A stretch of 64,000 nt of DNA. Source: Marsupella aquatica. Taxonomy: Eukaryota > Plantae > Marchantiophyta. Location: the NCBI GenBank assembly GCA_973895155.1, contig OZ316891.1, positions 18,347,987-18,411,986 on the forward strand, read 5' to 3'. The position numbers and the translations under genes were made by a program. Below the pieces are notes generated by a model that saw only the letters and a program-made list of their open reading frames with translations, was not told the DNA's origin and made no database searches. Positions 14,166 to 27,235 of the stretch are shown here, in pieces (within the stretch, counting starts at the first letter, position 1; each line of letters starts with the position of its first letter).

Positions 14166-14700
14166 GCAAAATCGAAAGATGGAGCAGAAAAATCGAGCAA
14201 AAACTTGTGAGGAGCACCGACAGAGAGAGAAGAGAGCTGCTTACCTCCATCAGCAGAAAAACTAGGCCAGCCCAAGCTCAGCGTACAATGCGACGACGTA
14301 AATCGCCGAGCTCAAAGTGGTATCGGCTGCTGCTCGTCGGAGGTGCAAAATCGAGCGATGGAGCAGAAAAAAAGGACCAAACTTTCCACAGTACAGAGCA
14401 CAGCAACAGAATGATATAGCTACTGGAGTTCTACGCAACAATTGATTACTGATCGGTGAGCAATATGTCGAGGCTCCCCAATCCTCAGTGACAAGCACCG
14501 GACATGAAATCGAAAGATGGAGCAGCGAAACGAGACATAATGTTGCAGCACTCGAAAAGTACCAGTAATACAAGAAAACCTAAACTGTATTCTAGGTATC
14601 GAAAATCAAACTTCACGTTTTACACCGTGTGTAAGTGCATCTCGGATAAGTGCAAGCCTGTCATATTACGTTCTAGGTATCCCAAATCAAACTTCACGTT
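14166..14700. repeat. Short direct repeats upstream of the CCDC47-like gene
   Basis: aaatcga..gatggagcag at ~14169, 14348 and 14507; ttctaggtatc..aaatcaaacttcacgtt at ~14590 and 14671. Confidence 0.65.
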
Positions 14701-16260
14701 GCACTACAGGAGGCTGCGTCTAGGTGAGGGTGGATAAGTGCAAGACTGTTATGTAGTCCAATAGTATTCCAGCTTTTTTCTTTTTAAACGCATCAAACAA
14801 CTCAGTTTTCATAAGTACATCTGGACCTTCACAAAAAGACAAATGTATAATTGCATTTCCATTCAGTGGATAAGTGCAGTCTGCTAGTGTAGTCGCCCTG
14901 ATAATACAGTTTTTTCTTCTATTTCTTCTCTAAATTGGAAATCTGTGAAATCCCACATAAAAGGAAATAACATAAGCCAGTTACAACATTTGAATCCAAG
15001 ACCTATGAGACTCTACTCAAGTGAACTATGGGTGAACCATGTGCACTTCCCCACAATTTTTTTTTAATGCGCGCTTCAGCCCCACAGTTTTTTCTTTAGT
15101 TTGTACACGCATAAGAAATGCAGTTTCATCTGGACCTTCACTAAATGACAAATGTGTAAGCTCGTATCCATCTATAAGTGTACATATGCACCTTTCAGTT
15201 ATTGCAGAGACTGTGCAAGATGCTTTTATTGATTAGAGCTTGCACCGACTACAAAGAGTACTTACATTCACTTATCTAGATTGTAAGGGGCTGTATGCGG
15301 GTGTAGGGTAATGGGACTTTAGGGTATGGGACCTGACAGCAGGTTTACTATGACATCGCAATTCCATATTTGCTATGCCAACCCTCAAACTCCAAGTGAT
15401 TAAGAGTACAAGACATTGACAAATGGACATTGAGTTTAGGGTGGCCATGGTCCAGCCCTTATTTCTTTCTCTGTGCTCAAACTGCACATGTTGCAGTTCT
15501 GTAATCATGCACATACCCAGAAGTGCAAAAACTTAACCCCCCAGAACAATTCAATTTTCGTGCAAATTTTGGAAAAAGTCTTCAAAATGGAACCTATCCA
15601 CAAAATTGTTTAGCCTTGATTTGGTTGCAAAAGAAGTTTCACACAATCTCCATTTGGACTGCCTTCTTTATTTGGTGCCACTTTTTGTCCAAATAGATGC
15701 TTCAAAGTTTCAAAAATAAATACAATAAAAGTCACAAGTTTCCAGATAGTTTATTGTTTGAGATATTTGTCTCGGATTTGAATTTAAGCTAACAACAGTT
15801 GTGACAACTTTGGTGGAGCTCCTACAGTTGTATGTGAGCTAACATGTTGAAACTCCGGAAGTAGCTTGAAACAGTGTAACGTTGAAAACAAACTTAGGTT
15901 GGCAGACAGGACAACAGTCAAGAATGAAACTCTTGTTAGTAGTTTGATCTAAAATTTGGCTTTATTACCGAAATGTAATTGTCAATTGTAGAACTCAACT
16001 AGGTACCTTATCATTTAGTTCCGGTATCGCTGACTCCGAGGCCAAGTTCCTCTATAGATCAGGCCCGGGATGGTCATTGAAATGTGACTAAACATGAGGA
16101 GAATTGAGAGCAAAGAAGCATTGCTCTAGCAAAGGCAAGGATTGCGAAAACAGTGCAGGATTAGGGGAATAACTGGTACAAAGCTTCAGCAGATTGGGAG
16201 GATTTCCCACGGAAGATAGCCAGGCTCAAACGAAAGCATGACTTCTGGACAAAGGAATTC

Positions 16261-19200
16261 ATGAAATCTGCTATGTTATCGGACCCCTGTCTGATGGAGA
16301 CTTTGGGCGAAGCTAAAAATCTACTCGAGCAGGAAAAAGCTAAACTGGAGGGAAGAGAAGCACGATGTGGCGCAGGGTGCTACTTCAAGGTGAGCAGGAC
16401 GATGTTCCCTGCAAAGGTAGGATTGAGAATCCAGCTAGTGATTGATGCATTCGATGCGATCCCAGGCTTTCTACAGCAGGAGGAGGAAGCTGCCGTGGCA
16501 TTGGATAAGAGAATGATGCGAAGAGCTCCTTCATTGACTTTCCGCGACGATGACCGCTACGTTCCTCTCGAATTTACGGAATCTAAAGTTCAGAATGCTT
16601 TGGACGATCCTAATGGCTCCCCACTAGTTTTGTTGCATGGAGGACCTGGTAAAGGAAAGTCAACGTTAGCACGACATGTTGCACTTCACTATCACGGGAA
16701 GTGTAAGAGTCCAGAAGAGAATCCAGACCGAGCTTTTGAACTGGTGGCTTTCTTGGAATGCGGTCCCAAGGCTGACATCCGGGCGAGCCAATTGAAGCTT
16801 GCCAATTTGATTAGCCCAAATTCTGGAGCAACTGCTGTCCCTGAAGCGGAAGGAAAAACTGATCCTGAGGATGCAATTTGGAGGAGACTCAAAAGCCTCC
16901 TCAAACATCAGCGAATTCTCATCGTATTGGATGATGTTTGGGAACGAGAATTTTTGCAGAAGATGCTGGACTTGCGGGGTGTTGGAGTGAAATTCTTGGT
17001 GACTTCTCAAAATCAAGATTTGTGTCGTGATTTGAGTTTGAGTCATCCGCCCATCGAAATTCAGATGGAAGATGTCAACGACAATGTTGCCATGCAAATT
17101 CTCGCCAGTCATGTGGGGTTCACAGATAAGCAAATCCCTGCACACATCCAGGTTTGCATTAACCTGTTCACTGATAGTCTGCAAGAAGTTATCGGGTGTC
17201 ATTCTGCTATTTAGAAATCAATCTTGGACGTTTGAAATCCTTAATCAGGCATAAAATCGTTCTATTGCCCGGATCACGTGTCCTCTGTCTTCACTGGTGC
17301 TTTCAATTTTCATTGCAGGGACTAGCGCACAAGGTGATAGAGGGTATGGAGAAGCATCCTCTGGCTCTGGCGAGTGTAGCCAAAGAAATTGATCCCGATC
17401 GATCCCACGATGTTGAAGAGTGGGAAGCTGCATCTGAAAGTTTCTTGACAGCGCTTCAGTCCAGGATCACAAAACATACCTTTGGTATGGCATATCAAGA
17501 AAGCTTTTGGCTCACCACGCAACGGTCTATCGAGGCAGTGAGAGAAGTGACAGACGATGCCCCAAGCTTACTTATCTTGTTACACATGTGCGAAGCACCT
17601 TCTGTTCCAGAGGAAGTCCTCAAGATTCTCTTTGTTAGCGTGGTTTGTCAGGGTGGTTCTGAAGAGTCTAATCTGTCGAGATTTAAAATTTCAATGAGGG
17701 CCTTGAGGAGCAGAGGGTTAGTAAAGATAAGCAGTCCATCACAATCATCTTATTCCTGGTCAGCGCATTCCTTACAAAAACTGTTTATGGAACATGAGAT
17801 GAATGATGAGAAAGAAACACTACTCAAAGTGCGCAGAGAAACGATACTCAAAATGCTTGAAAGTGAGTTGGATGAGATAAATATTAAAGTGGGAGTGGAG
17901 AGCAAGAGCACAACAGACGGCTCTGTGCAGGAAGACAGGATGGTTTGCATTGCTTTGTGCGCACTCTATTTTCACAAACACTACTCTGAGAAAGCTACCT
18001 TCAAGATGGACATTCTGCCTGGCCAGCTAAATAGTCTCCGGAGAAGCGCGATTGAGCCGATCACTCGATTACTAGGGATGCGCGTAAGTGGGCGTTGGAG
18101 CAAAAGTGCACAGTCGTCTGCCAAACAGGTGAGCTCAACTAGCACATTTTAATCAAGTTGATACGCACTGGATTTATTGAAGTTCATTCCAAAGTTTGTG
18201 TTTGAGTGGGAATTTCACATCAGTTTTGCTTCTCGTCAGAAGAACAGAGCTTGTGGCTTACGGTTTTGAGATCTCTAGGCACACAAGATCTTTCGCACAC
18301 AAAATTTACTTTAGAGTATTGATGTTGTATGACTAGAACATTCATGACAGTTCATATAGTATGCCTAGAAAGTCTTGTTTCCCAATAAATTTCTGTTATT
18401 AATTCTCACCCCAGGAAGAGTGCTTGTGGCTTATTGTATCGAAGTTTCTAGATCTGCAAGTTGCACGCAGATGTTCTGGTTTTTACCAACATAATTTGAT
18501 GTAGATTTAACAGCAAATTTCTCAAGCAAATAATCCCAAAATTCATTTTGTTTTGTGGTATCAATACTCGCCCTGAAACCAGAGTATAGGACTCTCTTTG
18601 GACTAGCATCCGGATCTGCATTGTGCTTTTCCTAGGAGCATTTCTCACTGCTCTTGCTTTCAATCACCAGATATATCTTAGGTACATATACAAATCTGGA
18701 CTACACGAGAGTGGCATCGTGTATTTATTGGCCTTGCCAGTCTCCGTCCTGCCAATGTTACAAGCTTTGCGAGATATTGCCGCTGTAGAGCAAACAACTT
18801 TGATTGGTGAAAATTCGGGGGCTCTTCTGACGGCTCTCTTGGACTTACTCGGAAATCTGCCCGACTCAGGCGACGCCGAGATAGCGACGGCAGCAGCCAG
18901 GGTTTTATCTGAATTTTGTCTCAACCCATTGCACAAAGCAGTCATCATATGTTCGGGGATCTTGGACACAATCTTCAAGATCCTGTCGCCTAATAACAAC
19001 TCACAACTCCTAGTCGCCAGCACAAACATATTGATCAGATTGGCTTACCACAATGGTATAGGAAGGGATGAGACTGCGCAGCATCCAGGGATCCTTGATC
19101 AACTTCTCCAAGCTTTGTCCTCGGATAAAATACCTGACCTTCAGGTAGGAGCTGCACGAGCATTGAGGAACTTGACTGCATCAAACGACATCGCTAAGCG

Positions 19201-22200
19201 ACATATCGTGAATTTCCCTGGGTTACTAGAGTCACTGGTGAAACTGTTGTCGAAGGATAACAGCCCTGACCTTCAGACACAGGCAGCAGTGTCGTTAGCA
19301 AACTTGGGAAGTAATTTTGAATATGGGAAGGAAAAAATTGTCGGATGCCCCGGAGCAATTCAGCAACTTCTCGCGTCCATGTCCATGAATGATAGCCCTC
19401 TTCTTCAGCTAGGAGCAGCGAAGGCGTTGGTCAACTTGAGTGGATCAGATAATGAAATTAGTAAGCGACAGCTCGTGGATTTCCCTGGGTTACTAGAGTC
19501 ACTGGTGAATCTGTTGTCGAAGGATAACAGCCCTGACCTTCAGACAGTGGCAGCAATGTCGTTAGTAAACTTGGCAAGTAATTTTGAATATGGGAAGGAA
19601 AAAATTGTCGGATGCCCCGGAGCAATTCAGCAACTTCTCGCGTCCATGTCCATGAATGATAGCCCTCTTCTTCAGCTAGGAGCAGCGAAGGCGTTGGTCA
19701 ACTTGAGTGGATCAGATAATGAAATCACTAAGCGACGACTCGTGGAGTTCCCTGGGTTACTAGAGTCACTGGTGAATCTGTTGTCGAAGGATAACAGCCC
19801 TGAGTTTCAGACAGAGGCAGCAATGTCGTTAGGAAACTTGGCAAGTAATTTTGAGTATGGGAAGGAAAAAATTGTCGCATGCCCCGGAGCAATTCAGCAA
19901 CTTCTCGCCTCCATGTCGACGAATGATAGCCCTATTCTTCAGGTAGACGCAGCACAGGCGTTGACCAACTTGACTGCATCAGCTAATGAAATCACTAAGC
20001 GACGACTCGTGAAGTTCCCTGGGTTACTAGAGTCACTGGTGAAACTGTTGTCGAAGGATAACAGCCCTGACCTTCAGACACAGGCAGCAGTGTCGTTAGC
20101 AAACTTGGCAAGTAATTTTGAGTATGGGAAGGAAAAAATTGTCGCATGCCCCGGAGCAATTCAGCAACTTCTCGCCTCCATGTCGACGAATGATAGCCCT
20201 CTTCTTCAGCTAAACGCAGCGCATGCATTGACCAACTTGACTGCATCACGTAATGAAATCACTAAGCGACGACTCGTGAATTTGCCTGGGTTACTAGAGT
20301 CATTGGTGAATCTGTTTTCGAAGGATAACAGCCCTGAGCTTCAGTCAGAGGCGGCAAAGTCGTTAGGAAACTTGGCAGGTCATTTTGAGTATGGGAAGGA
20401 AAAAGTTGTCGCATGCCCCGGAGCAATTCAGCAACTTCTCGCCTCCATGTCGACGAATGATAGCCCTATTCTTCAGGTACACGCAGCACAGGCGTTGACC
20501 AACTTGACTGCATCAGCTAATGAAATCACTAATGGACGACTCGTGGATTTCCCTGGGTTACTGGAGTCACTGGTGAATCTGTTGTCGAAGGATAACAGCC
20601 CTGAGCTTCAGACAGAGGCAGCAATGTCGTTGGTCAACTTGAGTGGATCTGATAATGAATTCACTAAGCGACTACTCGTGAATCTCCCTGGGATACTGGA
20701 GGAACTGGTGAAGTTATTGTCCAGGGATAATCCAGATAATCTCCAACTCGTAGCAGCACAGTTTTTACGTAATCTAGCAAATAGTCAAGTTGGTGAGAGG
20801 ACGTTGACAATGATGCATTGCTCAGGGTTATTGGAGAAGTTTTTCAAGTCAATGCCGGATGGAAAAATCGATCAGATGAGTGGCTGGGAATATTATGTAG
20901 AGGCAATGACATACATAGACCCTGCACGAAGTAATGGAGGACAGCTGCACTCTGCAATCGCTTATTCACGAAGAGGATATGCAAACATGATTTTAGGCCT
21001 AAACGAGGAGGCGCTGGATGATCTGAATAGAGCAAACGAAATGGAGAGTGGGGATCTTTCCACATTGCGGTACGTACTACTGCGTGTGATTGAAATGGGA
21101 TGGATGGCTACATTGTGACATGTTGTGTTTCCTCCAGTTCATAAGAAGTGTGCGAATGTCTTTGAAAACAGTTGACCTAATCCGATTTGCAGGTTTTTAT
21201 TTTTGAGTAAATTTAAGTGAAGGCATCGTGAAATACTAGATCAAGGAGGCCCCATTCAGATGCGTTGTATATTTTGAAGGATGGTAGAGTTAGGTTCTCA
21301 TTATCAGAGACAATCTGAAGGAATTCCAACCTATTTGGGGTTTTTTTAGCTTCAAGACTAAGTATACTTAGGATGTACCCAGTTTTGGTGGATAATAGCC
21401 TAGGGTCAATAGATTTTTTCAAATGGTCGCGCACCTCATGAAGCAGTTATTGAAGTATGTGTGAGCAACTGTCTGTAACTGTGGAAGTAAAACAATCGCA
21501 TGAGGAAGGGTACCCTAAATATGTTATAATTTTAATTATGTCTTAAGACATGCTTCGCCCTGAAACTGTGTTTAAGATTAATTCAGATGGCCAACACTGT
21601 GTGGGAGTGGGGAACAGTCACACAAGTCCAATTATTGGCATCATGCAGCTGGATGAAGTCACATCAGAAATGCAAGCTTCTGACGATCTTCTCTGCACTT
21701 TTTGAAGCAATAATTTAGGCCTCAAAGGAAAGAAAGGAGTAAAATACGCATCTGTAGAATGCAAACTTCATTATTGTACAGCATAAAACAAGGCTAAGGA
21801 TTAAAGGCGGCAGAATGAAGTGCAAGTAGTTTTTTCTTTTACTGTGCACGATTATTAACTAAATCTGACTTGTTTACATTTTGATCTATTTTTGTACTAT
21901 CACTCTCATAAATAGCAGACACTGTTGTTTAATGCTTTTGATATACAGCATATGAGCAAGTACAATATCCACAGGGTTGTGATGTTTTAAGGACAAACTA
22001 GGCAGATGTATGAATTTTTGCATGGAGTTGAAGAAAATGATCTGTCTTTCTAGAGTCCAGAATTGAATAAATTTAACCCACTATTAACCACTGACAACTT
22101 CTTTGTCGAGTTTGAACTGATGCCTCTCTTTGATTTCTTTCCCCGAACTGACATCTTCTTAACCTGGGATGCAGGAGCCGGTGCACTGTGAGAACAAGGC

Positions 22201-22538
22201 TTGGGGATTTAGAAGGAGCCCTTTCAGATTCTAACAGTATTATTGAAAAGCAGTGCACAGCATTTGACTTGCAAGAGAGCGGGGTTCTGAAAAGAATGAT
22301 GGGAGATTTACAAGGAGCCTTGGAAGATCTCAACAGAAGCCTGGAGCTTGATCCTAATGATTATGAGGTTCTAAAACATAGAGCACATGTTAGATTTCTA
22401 ATGAAGGATGAGAATGGAGCCCATTCTGATGCTCAAATGGCCCTCGCATTGAAACCCATAAGAGTTGATGCAAGCTCCTATGGACGAGATTGTTTAGGAG
22501 TAAGTTTTGTAGAGTTCTTAGACTACGTGCTTAGATAG
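16261..22538 (+). CDS. NLR-like STAND protein, copy A: partial N-terminal helical domain, NB-ARC-like NTPase, ARM array, TPRs; 1487 aa. Exons 16261-17151, 17319-18128, 18671-21069, 22175-22538
   Basis: Walker A GGPGKGKSTLA, Walker B ILIVLDDVW, RNBS-B-like KFLVTSQ, GLPL-like KHPLAL, MHD-like SAHSL. ARM repeats with AAxxLxNL. TPR-like AYSRRGYANMILGLNEEALDDLNRA and GDLQGALEDLNRSLELDPND. Spliced length 4464 nt with no internal stop; in-frame TAG upstream at 16162-16164. Confidence 0.85.
19216..20685 (+). repeat. Coding tandem array of 267-bp (89-aa) ARM doublets: 5 full units plus one 135-bp hybrid repeat
   Basis: Anchor (c/g)cctgggttact at 19216, 19483, 19750, 20017, 20284 and 20551, spaced exactly 267 bp; the next repeat start (ccctgggatact) is at 20686. 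Confidence 0.97.
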
Positions 22539-22599
22539 GTGATTTTGTATTGACAACATTTGTGTAATACACCTTCACTGTTCACCCTAATTAATTAGT

Positions 22600-22735
22600 C
22601 CATTCTGATGCTCAAATGGCCCTCACATTGAAACCCATAAGTGTTGATGCAAGCTCTTATGGACGAGGTTGCTTAGGAGGAAGTTCTGTAGAGTTCTTAG
22701 ACTACGTGCTTAGATAGATGATTTCTTATTGACAA
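22600..22735 (+). pseudogene. Extra fragment (A') of the last ~115 bp of the TPR exon plus 3' flank
   Basis: cattctgatgctcaaatggccctc...gactacgtgcttagatag repeats 22422-22538. Confidence 0.9.
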
Positions 22736-22993
22736 AGTTTGTGTTATTGCGTTTAGTATTCTACAGAACTTTCTCGTGAACAAGTATGTAAATGAAAGCT
22801 AGATTCATTTCAGAATGTTTGTGTTCAACTAGAAGCATTCAGATTTGTCTGTATGAATTGTTCAGTAGGCATTTAAAATTTTGCCTTTAAAGTTCAGTTG
22901 GGATTCTAATTGAATACATGTGGGAGACAGGAAGTTTTGGAGAAGCGGGGAGGGGAGGGGAGGGGAGGGGAGGGGATAAGGGAGAGAGGTAGG

Positions 22994-23130
22994 ATTTTTT
23001 TTTTTTTTTTCTCTTTTCCAAGAAGGGGCGGTGCAGGGCCCATCAGTACCAGGCAAGGGGACAAAAGCAGGGACAAAAGCCACCCAAGCAAAAGGTACAG
23101 ATTGACAGAATGCACGGGGACTGGACAGGC
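22994..23130 (-). mobile_element. Probable 3' end of a non-LTR retroelement (poly-A tail on minus strand)
   Basis: T-run at ~22995-23010 followed by gggacaaaagccacccaagcaaa; the same motif occurs at ~25774 and inverted at ~33797. Confidence 0.5.
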
Positions 23131-25699
23131 TTTTGTTCAATAACAAGGCAATACTGGAATTGCAATAGATGGAATAGTGTTTATGGTTTCTCCAATATTT
23201 TGACTTGTACAAAACTGTGTGTATTGGGTGTTTATTACAATTCCATTGTTATAATAAATTTGTTTTGTTTCAACGCCTACGGGCTTGCTGTTATGACAAT
23301 ACTGGAAACAACACATTAAGTGGGAACATTTTCGTGACTTGATCTGCAGCATAATGGCAATAGCATTCATTGGGATGATCCATAATAACATTGAATATTT
23401 AAATAGTATTCAGTAATTAGTAACATGGAATTAGTGTTGGGATAACACAGACTGAAATAGAATCAAATAATCATTAGGGGAAGTCCAGTTCCTAAAGTGG
23501 TCCATATGAACCCAGCATTGGACCAGGTATTTGTCCTCAATGACTTAGTTTTCTATATACGCCTAATGTAAATCAAAATCGGAATTGACCAAATTGAGTA
23601 TCTCAATTGAGTAAATTACCCATCGAGTAAATTACCTGCCCCTTAGTTTTTGGTTGGTAACATGGAAACAACATTGGTTAAGGGCTAATACCAAATTTCA
23701 ATTAAAACCATTAAACACAATTGGGACATGACTTGCACCTACTCATGTTCGCTCTTGTGTTGCCTAACTTCAGTGTTGGGTCTCTCTAGTTTTTGTTACC
23801 GGATTGGCCATCTCTGATTCAGCTAAGGATGAGGAGAGTTTGATAAGCAGAAACAAGATCAATGAGGACCATGAGTTTGGCATAAGCACAGACTTGTGAT
23901 CTTGCTTGTGACAAGACCCTCAAAATCTAAAGCAAATGATTCGCTGAAACTAGAAAGCTAAACCCAAAGCTCAAAGGGTGATTTTGAGCACACGATTGCT
24001 TTTAGACTTTTGAGATGGTTCAAAAGCATGTGTTTGCTAAAGGAAGGCTGCTTATATATTAGTCTCACCGTAGCATGTGCCCAAGCATGTGCAATCATTT
24101 GTAAATCAGTTATCTACCTTGCTTCACAAACGGTTGCATGACAAGATTATTTCCATATAATGGAGAGGAATTGAGCCAATGACAATTGACAACTCATTTG
24201 CTTGTGCCCATGACCTCAAAGAAGAAGCAAAGGTGACCTTCATGACAAGTCACTTGAATGTGAAAGGAAGGTCCTCCTGATACAAGCTAGTGGCGAGACG
24301 AGTGGGGCATTGAACACCTTAGCATTGGGCTCAACACGGGATTTTCACAGTTTTATGACAATGATAGAGTAAATCATATACAAATTAATTGTATTGTAGT
24401 CGTTATTCAAAACAATTAGCAATATACTCAGACTTGCAATTATAAACAACACTGAAAATAACACAAGACAATACAAGACACACAAACCTCTTGGATATGA
24501 AAACTCAAGCGGCACTTCCTTATTCACCAAGCTTCCCTTCCTGGTTTTTTTTTGCCTTCCTTTTCTTCTCACGCAATCAGATCAATTAGAAACATTCATC
24601 CTTTAGAGTTGGATAGAAAGGGCATTGGCAAAACAGACAGGAGCAGACGTCTATGACAAACAAACAATCTGCTTTGACTAAGACCTCCACAATGCACTCC
24701 AAGGTCCAACGATGGTCCTCATAGCCAACATTGTCGTTCCACAATATACCTTGTTATGACATCCAACTCTAACTTTTGACCTATGCCTGAACATTGGAAT
24801 TGGGCGGCAGGTTGGTTGCCCCTTGACTCTCTGGCTTGAACTCCAAACCTGGATACAAAACCCTTAGCTAGCCTAATCTAACCTTCAATTCCTACCAAAG
24901 CCCCATTGGCCTCCTTAGGTTACACCCTAAGCTTCCATAGCCCTTCTATAGCCCTCCAATAACAGCAACAACAATTGGAGCCCCATAAAATTGATTACCC
25001 CGGCCCTCAATATAAAGGAAAAAACCCTACACCCATGATGCATAATGTTAGCTATTTTTTGGGGAAAATTTTAAAATACTCTTCTTTGGGAATATACGTG
25101 TACCAATTTGCATAGCCCATTGCATAGTGACAAGTGTACCAATCAGAACATACCATACGTCCTATGCATGTACATGACACAAAAAACTCTGACTAACTTT
25201 TTTTTATTTAAGACAACTTCATGGACTATGATCCATTCAACGAGGGCCTATTGTTCTTTAAAGTGAACCCAAAAATTTAACTGACCCTATTGTTTTTTTC
25301 ACAAAACTTTGGAAGTCTTCCTTTAGGACCACTTAATGACCCTATATTTTGTTGCAAGTGTGGGCGCATGATGTAAATAAATGTGACACTTCCATGGAAA
25401 TGACCCCACCTGAGCATAATCATGATTGTACTGTTTGTGCTCAATGCATGTAGAACAGTTTAGGGTCAAAACTCAAACACAACTTACACCACCAGAGGTT
25501 GTACTAAAAGATATTATTTGTGTTTGAGTTCAAATATGTTTTGTGTCACGGGACCCAAAAGTTTCAAGTTTTGAGCACAAGGCCATGGCATTATGTCCGG
25601 GGGAAGATAGTAGCACAATCTAGGAGGTTATATTTTCTCACCAATTTATCAATGATTAATTATTGAGCTTGAAACAAGACAATGGCCAAATTATCCCTT

Positions 25700-25835
25700 T
25701 CTACTTACTTTTTTTATTCCGGTTTTTTCATTGATTCAAAAGAGGGGACACAAGGGCCTCAAAATCAAACAAAGGGACAAAAGCCGCCCAAGCAAAGATA
25801 TAGGCTATGCAAAGTGCCCAGGGGCTGGGAAAGCC
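25700..25835 (-). mobile_element. Second copy of the same retroelement 3'-end family
   Basis: T-rich tract followed by gggacaaaagccgcccaagcaaa...gggctgg, aligning with 23069-23125. Confidence 0.45.
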
Positions 25836-26483
25836 ATTGGGGTCGTCAGACACTTCTTCTGATCCACCATGCATGAGTAAGTATAAGGTTTTTTATTGGG
25901 TTAGTGGAAGACTTGTAAATTTTTGTGGAAGACTTGTAAAGGTTTGTGGAAGACTATTTGGGGTGTTCTAATCCAATTTGAGAAATGTAAGAATTACAGG
26001 GTTTTTTAAGCCATGTATGAGAATATTCCCAAACACTTAAAGGTAGAGATATTTTTTTCTTAATATTTTGGGTGCTTATTATATATACCCAAAAACATTT
26101 CTCCAATCAGTTCAGTCCTCCTTGTCTAATGTCTTTGTTCACTTAATCATTTCATTGGGTTGGCTGAGACTACAGTGAAAGGCGTCTAGGTGCATAATGG
26201 ATAAGTGCAACCCACATGTAGTCTCCAAACATTTACAGCAACTTCCTTTGTGAACATAACCTAACCGGGAAGGGATTTCCCATGCATTTACTAGAGAGTG
26301 TAGACCATGCACACAAGAAAAAGTGCATAAATGATATCTCTTGCACTTATAGCATAGTGCATTTAGTGTATAAGTGCTAGCTGGTGGTGTCTTCTCTATG
26401 GAGCCTGCAGTTGGACAAGGTTCACTGTATGAGCATGCTATGTATTGGGATTTGGGTAGCAGCCACACAACTCACACTCATGC

Positions 26484-26574
26484 ACTGGAGTCAATTACAG
26501 TAGAAAAGGGAAGGATAGCTACACAACCCACACTCATGCACTGGTGTCAATTACAGTAGAAAAGGGAAGGATAG
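26484..26574. repeat. Tandem duplication (~46-56 bp)
   Basis: cacactcatgcactgg.gtcaattacagtagaaaagggaaggatag occurs twice. Confidence 0.85.
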
Positions 26575-27235
26575 AGCTGAGCATGGTCCGAAATGAAGAA
26601 AAGCGAGCAGAAAAGTAAATACAGGAGGTTCATTGGTATGCCCGTCGAGCTTCGCTTGTACCCATTTCGTCTCCAAGATTCCCCGTCTCCTCACGTTGCA
26701 CTAGACTCAATGCTATATAGAGATGGACGCTACAATACTACTAGAACTGCCACCCCGACAGTAGTAGATTCGCAGTGTTCCCTGGTCTTCCTTGAATGTG
26801 TGGATATGGATCTCCTCGAGCAATTGCATAGGAACCTACAGATTGTTTTTGCCCTGAGTTATCAATTCCATGCTTGAAGGCTAAATGTCACCAGCAGTGA
26901 CGCGTGAGATCTAGGAGTTCAGACCTCGAAACATACGTCTTCCCCTCGTTATTATAGTGAGCTACCGATCGGCCTTGCCAAGGCATGAAAAGTTTTCAGC
27001 CTAACTTACTTCGATTCGAGGCGCAAATGACTGTCACCTCTATCGTCTTCGAAACCTTGTGAAACAGTGAGTAAAAACATTGATTCCACATAAAGCTACT
27101 CCTCGTCCTTGTAAAAGCAATCATCTTGTTACTGGTACGGGAGGTTTCGGGAAAGATAATCGCGTCTTGTTGGGGTTGGAACAGAAGTCGTGAAATCGAA
27201 GGTTTGCATGAAGCAAGGTTTTAGGACGCATTTCA

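Noticed and set aside
19216-20685. TALE- or PPR-type nucleic-acid-binding repeats
   Set aside because: The 44/45-aa length and AAxxLxNL helix-3 pattern match ARM repeats, not 34-35-aa TALE/PPR units.
23755-24600. Possible second LTR
   Set aside because: LTR-like composition, but I found no TG...CA pair with a matching target-site duplication.
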